The notes under the pieces were generated by a model. The model did not search any database. It was given only the letters and a program-made list of their open reading frames with translations, and had not been told where the DNA came from. The translations under genes were made by a program, and so were the position numbers. This document shows positions 37,906-48,316 of a stretch of DNA of 64,000 nucleotides, piece after piece (positions within the stretch are counted from its first letter, which is position 1; each line of letters opens with the position of its first letter). The stretch is from Candidatus Gottesmanbacteria bacterium (GTDB lineage Bacteria > Patescibacteriota > Microgenomatia > UBA10105 > UBA927): positions 1,000,019 through 1,064,018 of the forward strand of contig JAHFKK010000001.1 of the NCBI GenBank assembly GCA_023245335.1, written 5' to 3'.

Positions 37906-37937
<32 letters not shown>

Positions 37938-38326
37938 TAAGCTTGCGCTCGTATTCCCCAGGCGGTCTGCTTAACGCGTTAGCTTACGACAGACAGATTG
38001 CTCTGCCCATCTAGCAGACATGCGTTTAGGGCTAGGACTACGCAGGTCTCTAATCTGCTTCGCTCCCCTAGCTTTCGTGTCTCAGCGTCAGATATTGGCC
38101 AGAAAGGTGCCTTCGCCTTCGGTGTTCCTCATGATATCAACGCATTTCACTGCTTCACCATGAGTTCCCCTTTCCTCTCCAATCCTCGTAGTTTACCCAT
38201 CTCGTATCCAACGTCGAGGTTAAGCCTCGAGCTTTCAGATACGATGCGGTATACCGCCTACACGACACTTTACGCCCAGTAAATCCGGATAACGCTTGCA
38301 CCCTACGTATTACCGCGACTGCTGGC

Positions 38327-38563
38327 CTGTCACACATTGTGACAAACTTTGGACTATATCTTCATCCCGATTCGTATCGGGAGTCTCGCGTATAGTCTCT
38401 GAGGACTCTCTCCGCCAAAGGCGGAGGTTGCCTGCTGATTGTCTTGATACATGTCTGCTGTGTAGCAGAATACTTCGCGGTATATCAAGGTGTTCCAGCA
38501 TATAGCGAGATTTTCTTTCATTACATTACTGTATGACTACGCACCAAACCCCTTACCGGGGTC
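38327..38563 (-). ncRNA. Group I intron at 16S position 516, ORF-less, 237 nt
   Basis: 5' exon ends in U, intron ends in G; IGS GCGTAGT pairs with the exon; P TGCTGG, Q AATCAGCAGG, R TCAGAGACTA, S AAGATATAGTCC; P3 TCTCGC/GCGAGA. Confidence 0.95.
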
Positions 38564-38987
38564 ACGTAGTTTGTAGGTGCTTATTCGCCAAAGCCTGTCG
38601 ACCTTGGCAAAAGAGGTTTACGATCCGAAAACCTTCATCCCTCACGCGGCGTCGCTCGGTCAGACTTTCGTCCATTGCCGAATATTCCCAGTTGCTGCCA
38701 TCCGTAGATGTATGGCCCGTGTCTCAGTGCCATTGTGGGGGGTCGTGCTCTCACACCCCCTATCCGTCGTCGCCTTGGTAGGCCTTTACCCCACCAACTA
38801 GCTGATAGATGCAGGGCCACTCCTCCTCCGCGCGGTTAAGCGCTTTGACCTTACGGCCTCATGCGGTATTACCCCGTCTTTCGACGAGCTATCCCACAGA
38901 AAAGGGCATGTTCCCTGCTTATACTCACCCGTCCGCCACTGTAAATTAAATCTTGCGACTCAAAAAACCGTTCGACTTGCATGCTTA

Positions 38988-39030
<43 letters not shown>

Positions 39031-39088
39031 AAAAAAATTGACGTAAGGAGCATTTGTTTGACCAAATTCTGCTTACATCAAAAAAAAT

Positions 39089-39114
39089 CCTATCACCATT
39101 CGATTGTTAAAGTA
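39089..39114 (-). promoter_or_regulatory. boxA-like element and leader arm of the 16S processing stem
   Basis: TACTTTAACAA; 39089-39112 pairs with trailer 37046-37069 at 22 of 24 positions. Confidence 0.75.
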
Positions 39115-39312
39115 CTCTCCTGAGAGAAAACGTAGATTTTCTCCCAACGCGACCTAGTCAAGCTGGCAGGTGCTTTCGCGATTCCTGCCGTCGCTGCTTT
39201 TCCCGGTTAGTGAAAAGCGAGGTGATGCAAAGAGCGAAAAAAAGCCCCGCCATTGCGGGGTTTCTTTGGAAAGAACCTCAATGACGTAGCTCTAGTCACT
39301 CATTGTTTTCCT

Positions 39313-39342
39313 ATTATATGCGGAACGTCTATAACGCGTCAA
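39313..39342 (-). promoter_or_regulatory. Putative rRNA promoter
   Basis: TTGACG-N18-TATAAT. Confidence 0.65.
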
Positions 39343-39367
39343 GGTCGAAGAATGAGGGTCCGATCCT

Positions 39368-39934
39368 CTACTTTTTGTTCTTGCCGAATAACGCACTCAA
39401 TAACGTCACTTTCGCATTTGCCAAGGTCAACTCAATCTGCGCCTGAAATGCCTTTAGGACATCACCAAGACCATCCTGCATCCCTTGTACGGCACTCTTT
39501 GCTACAACGGATCCCAAGACTTCGGCTTCCGGCTGTAAACGCGCAATGACGCTCGGGACCTTGTCCTCAACACTGCTCATGAATCCTTGACCTGCCATTT
39601 GCCCGGATTGCGCGAGAAACATCGCATATCCGATTTTGATCTTAGTTGGAAATTCACGAATACTTTTTTCTATCTTTCGTATATCCTTTTTCAGTTCGCC
39701 TTTTTGTATTTCTTTCCCGACAACGAATGCGCCGGTCAGAAAAAGAGCCGTTCCGATGATTTCCGTGGCTACCTTCTTCGCGGCGTAGTATTTGGCCTCG
39801 CGATCGAGCTTTTTTTCAAACATGTACCGGGCTTCACCCTGTGTTTGGCTAAGGAGATAATCATTTTTCGCGCGGTACTCCTGATACCTGCCTGCAGGCG
39901 TATGGGAGTAGATCATTTCTTTAAGATTTGCCAT
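39368..39934 (-). CDS. Hypothetical membrane protein
   Basis: One transmembrane segment, helical; start uncertain. Confidence 0.65.
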   Translation of the reverse strand: MANLKEMIYSHTPAGRYQEYRAKNDYLLSQTQGEARYMFEKKLDREAKYYAAKKVATEIIGTALFLTGAFVVGKEIQKGELKKDIRKIEKSIREFPTKIKIGYAMFLAQSGQMAGQGFMSSVEDKVPSVIARLQPEAEVLGSVVAKSAVQGMQDGLGDVLKAFQAQIELTLANAKVTLLSALFGKNKK

Positions 39935-40011
39935 AGAGCGTATGAACAAGTTGAATACTGCCGGAGTATAGCAAATATGAGCCTATAGTGCAAATTGCCG
40001 CTACCCAAGTC

Positions 40012-40695
40012 TCATACGAGGAAAAGAAGACTCAAGCACCCGATCCCGGACCCCAAAAGCAGCCCCCCTAGGACGTCAGAAAACCAATGTTCACCCAAAT
40101 ATATCCGGCTTATTGATACGAGCAATACATAAACAACCGCAAGTATGATCGGGACCATTTTGTATACACGCGACTTGCCGTTCTCTTTGGTTAGAGTTGA
40201 CTTCAAATACAAGAGAACGCCGATTATCCCTATAAACAAAGCGCGGGCCGCATGCCCCGACGGATACGAAAATTGTTCATTCACATAGTTCGCCGGGAAA
40301 AGCGACGTCGGGTGCTTGATCATGCTAAACGGCGGTGAAGGATGGTGGACAATGGATTTGCCGTATAACTCCGCAAGAAGTATGAGCCCGAACCCTATAG
40401 GAATAACCATCGCCATCGGATAAAACCGCTTCTTTTTCCGGTCGTAAGCCATCCCAACCGCTAACACGATAACAACCACGCTGGTAAATGCCGGGCTCGC
40501 AAAAAATGTGGAGCCTTCCATGATATTGCCGACAAGGGACGCGAGCCGTAAATGTGCCGAGCGGTCTATCCGTTCCTGTATCTTCACGGTAACTGCGAAA
40601 TCGAGATTCCGCAGTTGTGGCCGGTCTTCAAACTTGGAAAGGAATGTGAACGCCACGAGACAACATATGCTCACTCCCAACGCGATGCGTTTCAT
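40012..40695 (-). CDS. PAP2 family phosphatase
   Basis: SYPSGH, SRIYLGEHWFSDVLGG; ATG 7 nt after TACAAT. Confidence 0.9.
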   Translation of the reverse strand: MKRIALGVSICCLVAFTFLSKFEDRPQLRNLDFAVTVKIQERIDRSAHLRLASLVGNIMEGSTFFASPAFTSVVVIVLAVGMAYDRKKKRFYPMAMVIPIGFGLILLAELYGKSIVHHPSPPFSMIKHPTSLFPANYVNEQFSYPSGHAARALFIGIIGVLLYLKSTLTKENGKSRVYKMVPIILAVVYVLLVSISRIYLGEHWFSDVLGGLLLGSGIGCLSLLFLV

Positions 40696-40747
40696 AGAAA
40701 CTATTGTATCGTATTTTCCTATGCTACAATGATTTGCGTACGACGAG

Positions 40748-42319
40748 ATGAAAAAAATACTGTTCTTTAGCCTCACCATTTTCCTAAGCGCCATCGCCGT
40801 ATGGTATGGCATCACCCATCACCGCGGCGTGACCTGCCCCCGATGCAACATTATCGTCATCACGGTAGACAGCATCCGCGCCGACCACCTACCCTGCTAC
40901 GGTTACGCACTAAATACCGCTCCTCATCTTTGTGCTTTTGCCGACGAAAATCTGCGCTTTACCCGCATGTTCGCAAATTCCACCTGGACACGTCCCAGTG
41001 AATTATCCATGCTGACATCTCTTTATCCGGTAAGTCATGGCATGACCGACCCTCTCCCTACTCATATGAATCCCAAAATTACGACACTGCCGCAAGTGTT
41101 GTATCGTAACGGTTATGAAACAACATTCGTGAGTAATGATCATCTGAACATGGCACTCGAGTTAGGCTTCGGACGGGGATTTCAGCACATCCAATTCACT
41201 CCGGCGATCATCAATGACGAAACGATGCACACGTGGTCGGACACGATAGACTCGATACAAACCGCGAACAAAAAACATAAACCGGCATTCGTTTTTATCC
41301 ACACGGACCATGTCCATGATTACATCGAAGAAATTCTACGGCCCCCGCAAAAATTCCCACTAGATCCGGCCTACCGGTCAAATATAAACTATCCAAAACA
41401 ATTTACCGAAGAAACCTGGAAACGTTCCATCGATTATCTTACCCACAGCATGGAGGTTGGTTGGGGAACCGACCCGATAAACGAGCAGGACGCATGGCGC
41501 ACACAACTGCGGCAGGCCAAAACATTGGACGAGGCACGTCAGGTATTTCTCCAGTTTCCAGAAACTCTCCAGTATGATCTCTATCTCAACATCGCACAGG
41601 ATGATCTCTATAAAAATAATTTTGCCGATTTCATGGAATTATGCAGACACCTCTATGATGAGAATATCCGCACCTTTGATCTATCATTTGAAAAACTCCT
41701 CAAGCGCATCGATGAGGACGGCATCAGCCGGAACACGATTGTCGTCGTAATCGGCGACCACGGACAGCTCTTGGGTGAATACGGGCTCATCGGACACATC
41801 CTCGGCATATCCAACGAGGAAATCCACGTTCCCTTTATTGCTCGGATTCCCGGACTATCATCACGTGTCATTGACGGATTGACACAGGGCATCGATCTCT
41901 ACCCCACGCTTCTGGATGTGGTGGGGATATCGCCGCCGAAGACCGTTGCCGGCATCAGTCTCCGTAAACTCTTGACGAATCAAAAAAACGCGCCGCAGAA
42001 TAAATACGTCATAAGCCAGACGCTGCTTCCGGATCACTTGGAAAGCATACAAACAGACCGTTGGCGACTTGTCGAAGGATTTTATCCCATTGGAATCTCA
42101 CGAAATCTCTACGACCTTGCACGCGATCCCAAACAACTCCACAGCGTATCCCCGACGACACAGCCCGTCGTTGATGCGCTCACCAAACTTTTAGAAACCA
42201 CCATACGCCGGCAACCCGTCTATCCGCCGGTGCAGTCGGCCTTCCCTGATTGGTTTGATGCGACTGTCCGAAAACAACGCATAGACAAAGGCTATTACTT
42301 TGACCCGCTTCATGGTTAA
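40748..42319 (+). CDS. Sulfatase/alkaline-phosphatase-fold protein 1 (Thr nucleophile)
   Basis: TM anchor, CPRC, NIIVITVDSIRAD, WTRPSE, GDHG, HVPFI. Confidence 0.9.
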   Translation: MKKILFFSLTIFLSAIAVWYGITHHRGVTCPRCNIIVITVDSIRADHLPCYGYALNTAPHLCAFADENLRFTRMFANSTWTRPSELSMLTSLYPVSHGMTDPLPTHMNPKITTLPQVLYRNGYETTFVSNDHLNMALELGFGRGFQHIQFTPAIINDETMHTWSDTIDSIQTANKKHKPAFVFIHTDHVHDYIEEILRPPQKFPLDPAYRSNINYPKQFTEETWKRSIDYLTHSMEVGWGTDPINEQDAWRTQLRQAKTLDEARQVFLQFPETLQYDLYLNIAQDDLYKNNFADFMELCRHLYDENIRTFDLSFEKLLKRIDEDGISRNTIVVVIGDHGQLLGEYGLIGHILGISNEEIHVPFIARIPGLSSRVIDGLTQGIDLYPTLLDVVGISPPKTVAGISLRKLLTNQKNAPQNKYVISQTLLPDHLESIQTDRWRLVEGFYPIGISRNLYDLARDPKQLHSVSPTTQPVVDALTKLLETTIRRQPVYPPVQSAFPDWFDATVRKQRIDKGYYFDPLHG

Positions 42320-43883
42320 ATCAGCCACTATCGGCAGTATCATATTCCTAAGTATATTCACGGTGGTTATACTTTGGCGCTCGCCTCTCAGAGCATCCCG
42401 CACCCCCGTTTGCTGGCACTGCAACGTCATCCTCATAACCGTAGATAGCCTGCGGGCGGACAGTCTCCCCTGTTATGGATACGCGAAAAATACCGCCCCG
42501 TTCATGTGTGAGTACGCAAAAAAGAATATACTATTCTCCCGAGCGTACGCACCTTCGTCCTGGACCCTGCCAAGCGAAATGTCGCTTTTCACCGGTTTAT
42601 ATCCCACCAACCACGGCATGGACACGGCGATGCAGGATATGCTGAACCCACAGATCACTACGCTCCCGATGGCTCTTCAAAAGAGCGGCTACGAAACGAC
42701 AGCGATCTCAAATGCGCAACCCAACATCGGTTTAGAACAAGGATTGGGACGCGGGTTTACGACAGTAAAAGCTACTCCAAATACTCCACATGATGCGATA
42801 CCCATGCTCCTTGAGGCAGTCGATACGATTCAAACTACAAACGACAGGCACAAGCCGGCATTTGTGTATTTTCATACCGATGGCGTACACAACTACAACA
42901 GCGGTTTCCCTGACGTGCCCTCGTCCTACCCGCTCGATCCTACTTATCATCCGCCGATGATGCCCAAAGACATGTACGCATTTACCCAAAATACGTGGGA
43001 CGTGATGCTTGATCATCTTCTATGGGTAACAAACGTGGATGGTAACAAAAATATTGACGACCCATATACGCGCAGCTATACGCACCTTATGAACGCAAAG
43101 ACACTTTCAGAGGCGAAAACGGTGTTTGACTCGCTGCCGTCCGCCGACCGGAATGCAATCAGCTGGGAAAGCGGTAATGATAAAGTACGGGAATTTCTCG
43201 GATCGGATTACGCGCCGCTTTCCCGGCACCTCTATGACGAAGCCGTCCGAAACGTCGATACCTATATGACACAGGTATTCACGCGTCTTGCCGAACGGAA
43301 TCTGGATAAAAATACGATCGTCATCATCACCTCAGAACACGGAGAATTCCTGGGAGAACGCGGACTTTTCGGTCACGGGACGCAATTTTTTGATCCCGAA
43401 ACCCATGTCCCGCTCATTATGCATGTACCCAACGTTTCGCAAAAGACGGTCACGGGACTCACATCCCTTCTTGACGTCTATGCTACCGTTATTGACCTCC
43501 TCGAACTCCGCGTACGGGCCCCCGCAACGAGTGTCAGCCAAGCAAAAACGCTCTTCCTCAAACGTCCTGCGTCTGCCCGCACGTTTGTCATCAGTGAATG
43601 GTTCAGCAACATGCACAATAAAAGCATACGCACGAACGAGTGGCACCTCTTAGAAACACGGAGCCCAAGCGGAGAAGCAATCCGCGAACTGTATCATATT
43701 CTGTTCGATCCGTCCGAAACGACCAATGTCGCCTCTACCAACGCTTCTGTCGTCGCGGCCCTTTCGAAACTCCTTCGCGACACACCGTATTCCGAACAAC
43801 TCTACGAACCAGTCTCCCGATCGTTTCCGGACTGGATCGACGAGGCACATCGCAAAAAACTCATAGAAACAGGGTATTATTAA
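42312..43883 (+). CDS. Sulfatase-fold protein 2
   Basis: CWHC, VDSLRAD, WTLPSE, SEHGE. Confidence 0.9.
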   Translation: MVKSATIGSIIFLSIFTVVILWRSPLRASRTPVCWHCNVILITVDSLRADSLPCYGYAKNTAPFMCEYAKKNILFSRAYAPSSWTLPSEMSLFTGLYPTNHGMDTAMQDMLNPQITTLPMALQKSGYETTAISNAQPNIGLEQGLGRGFTTVKATPNTPHDAIPMLLEAVDTIQTTNDRHKPAFVYFHTDGVHNYNSGFPDVPSSYPLDPTYHPPMMPKDMYAFTQNTWDVMLDHLLWVTNVDGNKNIDDPYTRSYTHLMNAKTLSEAKTVFDSLPSADRNAISWESGNDKVREFLGSDYAPLSRHLYDEAVRNVDTYMTQVFTRLAERNLDKNTIVIITSEHGEFLGERGLFGHGTQFFDPETHVPLIMHVPNVSQKTVTGLTSLLDVYATVIDLLELRVRAPATSVSQAKTLFLKRPASARTFVISEWFSNMHNKSIRTNEWHLLETRSPSGEAIRELYHILFDPSETTNVASTNASVVAALSKLLRDTPYSEQLYEPVSRSFPDWIDEAHRKKLIETGYY

Positions 43884-43896
43884 AATAATAAAGACC

Positions 43897-45477
43897 ATGA
43901 AAATACACCGGGGGTTCATCGTCATTTGTATCATCCTTCTCATAGGATTCATCGTCTTCATGCGCGAAATGCTCCATCCTCTCTCGTATCGAAATTCCTC
44001 CGCCTTATGCTGGAAATGTAATGTGGTAATTATCGCGATCGACCTTCTACGCGCAGACAGCCTCCCCTGCTATGGGTACCGCTTCGATACCGCCCCGAAT
44101 TTGTGCGCGTACAGCAACAATAACATCCAGTTTTCCCGAGCGTATGCGACATCGTCATGGACGCAACCAAGCGAGGCTTCACTGTTTACCGGACTTTACC
44201 TGCACAGTCACGGCATGAGCGCATCCATGCGCACGATGCTCAATCCCCAGGTCGCGACGTTACCAAAAATTCTATATGCTCATGGCTACGAAACTATCGC
44301 CGTTTCTAACATACAGCCGAACGTCGGCTTGGAAATGGGCTTAGGTAAAGGTTTTACGTCGGTTCGGTTGATCCCCGATACTCCCAATGATTCTGTACGG
44401 GGACTGCTTGGGGCGATCGACGCCATACAAAATGCCAATAATCATCGACGGCCGGCATTCGTGTTTTACCATACGGATACGGTCAGGGATTATCTCAATG
44501 ACATATCCGACCCCCCATCTTCATTTTCATTTGATCCCGTCTACCACTCACCGGCGTTACCTAAAAATATCTACGAGTTCACTGAGCATACATGGACGGT
44601 AATGCGCGACCATCTGCTCTATATCATAAATGTCGATACGCTTCGCGACAAAGACCGTACGTACAGCAAACTGTACGACAAGCTCCAAAACGCAAAAACA
44701 CTTGCAGATGCACGGAAGGTATATGATGCATTACCGGCGTCAGAACAGGGCGAGATTATTTGGGAAAGCGGACAGGCGACCGTACGAACAACACTCGGTA
44801 ATCGCTACGCACCGTTTGTCCGACACCTCTACGATGATTCTGTACGTACCATAGACGACGCCCTGCGTCCGGCTATAGAAAAACTCTCACAGCGCGCGCT
44901 AAGTCGTCGCACCGTGGTGATCATAACGTCAGAACACGGTGAATATCTGGGGGAACGCGGCATCTTCGGCCACACTCAGCCGTTATTTGAACCGGAGACG
45001 CACGTTCCGCTTATTATGCATATCCCGAAAATATCTAAGGCCCGCGTAGAAACGCTCGCTTCACTCATTGATATCTACCACACCGTCTTCGATCTCATCG
45101 GCGTACGTACGGCCATTCCGAAAAGCAGCATTAGTCAAATACCGGCAATACTGCATGACACGCGCGAACCGGGACGAACGTTTGTCATAAGCGAATGGGC
45201 GCATACTCACCGTGACGAGAGTATCCGTACAAACGAGTGGCACTTCATGATGCGATGGACCTCTAATATCATGACGGAGGAGTTGTATGACCTATCCACC
45301 GATCCGACCGAAACCAAGAATGTTGCTTCTACTCATCCGAGCGTAGTGAAATCCTTGAAAGAAACGCTCTACCTGACGCTCGGCTTGGAACCCGTGTATA
45401 CACCTATCAATCTATCTTTTCCAAACTGGATTGACGAGGCTCATCGGAAAAAACTGATTGAGACTGGATACTACTAG
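43897..45477 (+). CDS. Sulfatase-fold protein 3
   Basis: CWKC, IDLLRAD, WTQPSE, SEHGE. Confidence 0.9.
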   Translation: MKIHRGFIVICIILLIGFIVFMREMLHPLSYRNSSALCWKCNVVIIAIDLLRADSLPCYGYRFDTAPNLCAYSNNNIQFSRAYATSSWTQPSEASLFTGLYLHSHGMSASMRTMLNPQVATLPKILYAHGYETIAVSNIQPNVGLEMGLGKGFTSVRLIPDTPNDSVRGLLGAIDAIQNANNHRRPAFVFYHTDTVRDYLNDISDPPSSFSFDPVYHSPALPKNIYEFTEHTWTVMRDHLLYIINVDTLRDKDRTYSKLYDKLQNAKTLADARKVYDALPASEQGEIIWESGQATVRTTLGNRYAPFVRHLYDDSVRTIDDALRPAIEKLSQRALSRRTVVIITSEHGEYLGERGIFGHTQPLFEPETHVPLIMHIPKISKARVETLASLIDIYHTVFDLIGVRTAIPKSSISQIPAILHDTREPGRTFVISEWAHTHRDESIRTNEWHFMMRWTSNIMTEELYDLSTDPTETKNVASTHPSVVKSLKETLYLTLGLEPVYTPINLSFPNWIDEAHRKKLIETGYY

Positions 45478-47027
45478 CGGCGCACAGCGTTCGCGAAACT
45501 TTGCCACTCTGCGTCAAGCCTACTATTCTCCTTCATGAGGCGTTTTGCGGTGTCCAAATGATCGGCGAGAACGTTATTTGTTTCCATCGGATCCTGCGCT
45601 ACATTATATAACTCATACGGAACGAACCCTCCGTTTAACCATTTCATGAACATTTTCCAGCCATCATTCCGTACCGTTTTGACTTCATGATCTGTGTTGT
45701 ATCCGTTGGCAATAAGTAAACGATCCCTCAATCTATTGCCGACTGCACTATCTAAAAGACTGATCCCCTGGAAAAGGTAACGCCGCACCGGTAGCCCCAG
45801 CGCATCGATAATCGTTGGGGCGATATCTATGCCTTGCACCGGACCTTCCACAACGTGCTTGTCGTATCCCGGGATAGACACGATAAAGGGCACTTTTGTA
45901 TTGGAGTCATACAGCGTTATATGACCTAGCCTGCCATGTTCCATAAATTCCTCACCATGTTCTGACGTAATCACTACAATCGTATTTTTTTGTATCGCGG
46001 GGCTCTCAAGAAATGGAATAAGCACCCGGCCGATCCATGCATCCAATTCAAATATCTTCTGATCATAGAGCGCCTTGACGTATTCCACCTGACGGGGATC
46101 ACGAAGGTCTATTTTAGAAAAATAGTTATATTCGGTATAGTAAGAATCCAGTTCGTTCTCTTTGCTTTGCGCAAGTTGTTTTGCAGCCGAGAGCGTCGGC
46201 GCATTTTCCAGTTTCTCAAGAAAAGCCGTATCAACCGTCGCATTCGGTTTCCCCACAGTCTGGGACAATTGATCGACAAGGTACCGGTAAAAACCGGGAG
46301 AAAAATTGTCGTAAATTCCGTCCCACGTCAGCGGTATATTGGGGAAACGATCATTGGTAAACATCGGTGTGGGATTGTTGGGAATATACGGACCGTGCGC
46401 CTCATATGAATGAAGGTATAGAAATGTCTTATGCCCGTTTGTCACGCTTTTGAGGAACGCTGTCAGCGCCGCGCCGAGATCCTCATCCGGACCGTATCCG
46501 ACGGGGATAACACCAGTGACTCCTTGTTTATAGACGCCGTCGACGGGAAACGCCTGATCATGTTCGGGAACTCCGAAATATGTGGTGTATCCGTTTTGCC
46601 GCAATATTTCCGGCAACAGCGGCGCGGTCGCCGGCAACGTCTTCATTTCATCCTCAAGATTGAGGATCCGGTGATACTGCGGATACCAGGAGGTAAACAT
46701 CGACACATCGGCAGGAAGCGTCCATGACGCATTGCTATATGCGTTTTTAAAAAGAACCGATCTTCCTGCATACCTGCAGAGATTCGGGGCGGTGTTTCTC
46801 GCATATCCATAACAGGGCAGGTGGTTTGCGCTCACGGTATCGAGTGAGATCACGATGACATTACAATTTTTGCATACCGGTCCCCTCCTCTGAAAAAATC
46901 CGGCGAGACGGGAGAAATAAGGTGATACAATGAGAAAAAGAATGGCGATGAGACTACCGATGATAACCATCGCACGAATGTGTTTACGGTTTGGGAAACA
47001 ATCATCAATGAACGTACGGTAGCGCAT
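45474..47027 (-). CDS. Sulfatase-fold protein 4
   Basis: CKNC, LDTVSA, WTLPAD, SEHGE. Confidence 0.9.
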   Translation of the reverse strand: MRYRTFIDDCFPNRKHIRAMVIIGSLIAILFLIVSPYFSRLAGFFQRRGPVCKNCNVIVISLDTVSANHLPCYGYARNTAPNLCRYAGRSVLFKNAYSNASWTLPADVSMFTSWYPQYHRILNLEDEMKTLPATAPLLPEILRQNGYTTYFGVPEHDQAFPVDGVYKQGVTGVIPVGYGPDEDLGAALTAFLKSVTNGHKTFLYLHSYEAHGPYIPNNPTPMFTNDRFPNIPLTWDGIYDNFSPGFYRYLVDQLSQTVGKPNATVDTAFLEKLENAPTLSAAKQLAQSKENELDSYYTEYNYFSKIDLRDPRQVEYVKALYDQKIFELDAWIGRVLIPFLESPAIQKNTIVVITSEHGEEFMEHGRLGHITLYDSNTKVPFIVSIPGYDKHVVEGPVQGIDIAPTIIDALGLPVRRYLFQGISLLDSAVGNRLRDRLLIANGYNTDHEVKTVRNDGWKMFMKWLNGGFVPYELYNVAQDPMETNNVLADHLDTAKRLMKENSRLDAEWQSFANAVRR

Positions 47028-47056
47028 ACGAGCGGTATACCTCTAGAGTATACCAG

Positions 47057-47698
47057 ATGCCTATGAGACCGAATCGACATTTCTCGTACCATTTTTCCAC
47101 AAACTCGCTTCTGTATTCCTTCATGATTCTTATCGGTCTTTTTCTGTTCGCTTTTGCCATGTCGTATCACACGTGCGACAGACTCACCTGTATCTCTGTT
47201 TCCGGAAAACACACGTGGAAAGAGATAGACGCGTACGAACATACGGCAAAGACATATCGCGCGCTCTTTCAAGCAAATACCTATCGGGTCCGGGTAGAAA
47301 AAAATTCAGGACTCACGACCGACGATGCGGCGCTCCTTATGAAGGTAAACATGATGAAAATTTCCGGCCTGTTCGATGACGCCCGCTCACCATACCCGGG
47401 CGCATTGTCCGACCGGATTGTCTGCGATCATGCCTACAAACCGGACATCCGGCATATGACAAACGACTCGCAACTACCGATTACCTACTACACGGGGTGG
47501 CTCAATGACCGACTCCAATTCGGCTCATGTTTGGACTCGGAACTACCATACAAAAGCTATAACGCATATGCGTATTGCCCCCGGGAAAAAGCGTTATATC
47601 ATCTCGAGTGGATTATAAACCGCTCGAAGGACAATGAGGATGAATATATGAATTCGATGCGTACCATGCGGTGTCAAACACCATTCCCATCTCTTTAA
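47057..47698 (+). CDS. Membrane-anchored Cys-containing hypothetical protein
   Basis: N-terminal TM, six Cys; ATG 7 nt after TAGAGT. Confidence 0.7.
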   Translation: MPMRPNRHFSYHFSTNSLLYSFMILIGLFLFAFAMSYHTCDRLTCISVSGKHTWKEIDAYEHTAKTYRALFQANTYRVRVEKNSGLTTDDAALLMKVNMMKISGLFDDARSPYPGALSDRIVCDHAYKPDIRHMTNDSQLPITYYTGWLNDRLQFGSCLDSELPYKSYNAYAYCPREKALYHLEWIINRSKDNEDEYMNSMRTMRCQTPFPSL

Positions 47699-47713
47699 GT
47701 CCGGGGTAGTATG

Positions 47714-48259
47714 TTATGGAAGCGATCCTTCTGCCTGTTTCATGATTTCGTAAAGGATGATGCCGCAGCTGACCATCACGTTGAGGCTTATGTTAATCCC
47801 CCACATGGGCATCTCTACGATGAGATCTGCCATATCAAGCACCTCGGAAGAAACGCCTTTTGTTTCGTTCCCGACAACGATCGCCAAGGGCAACGCATAT
47901 CGTACATCGTAAAACCGTTTGCTTCTTTTATCCTGTTCGACCGCCACGACGGTAAGCTTCGGGTTCGTCGCCTTGAGCGTCAAAATAGCCGCGGCTGCGG
48001 TCGTCGCATATTCCCAGTTTACCCAACCGGTCGTGTTAATAGACGCTTTTTTTATTCTGGAGTTCGGGGGGGTCAGCGTCTCGCCGCAAAGGATGACTTT
48101 TTCAGCTGCAACCGCATCGGCAAGCCGGAAAATCGATCCCACATTATACGTATCCAATACGTTATCGACGATAATAATAATCGGATTTTTTGTAATTGCC
48201 CGTTGCACGTCAGCATCCGGTACGGTCGTACGAAGTTCTCGTGCATTCAGTTTGATCAT
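47714..48259 (-). CDS. TrmH/SpoU family RNA methyltransferase
   Basis: YNVGSIFR.ADA, VGNE..GV, MPMWG...SLNV. Confidence 0.9.
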   Translation of the reverse strand: MIKLNARELRTTVPDADVQRAITKNPIIIIVDNVLDTYNVGSIFRLADAVAAEKVILCGETLTPPNSRIKKASINTTGWVNWEYATTAAAAILTLKATNPKLTVVAVEQDKRSKRFYDVRYALPLAIVVGNETKGVSSEVLDMADLIVEMPMWGINISLNVMVSCGIILYEIMKQAEGSLP

Positions 48260-48316
48260 GGACTGATTATACTCGGAAATACGTGATACTATACATACCA
48301 TACGGTCACCGTTCAT

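Noticed and set aside
38310..38501. Homing endonuclease in the intron (63-aa ORF)
   Set aside because: Too short, overlaps the ribozyme core, no LAGLIDADG/GIY-YIG/HNH motif
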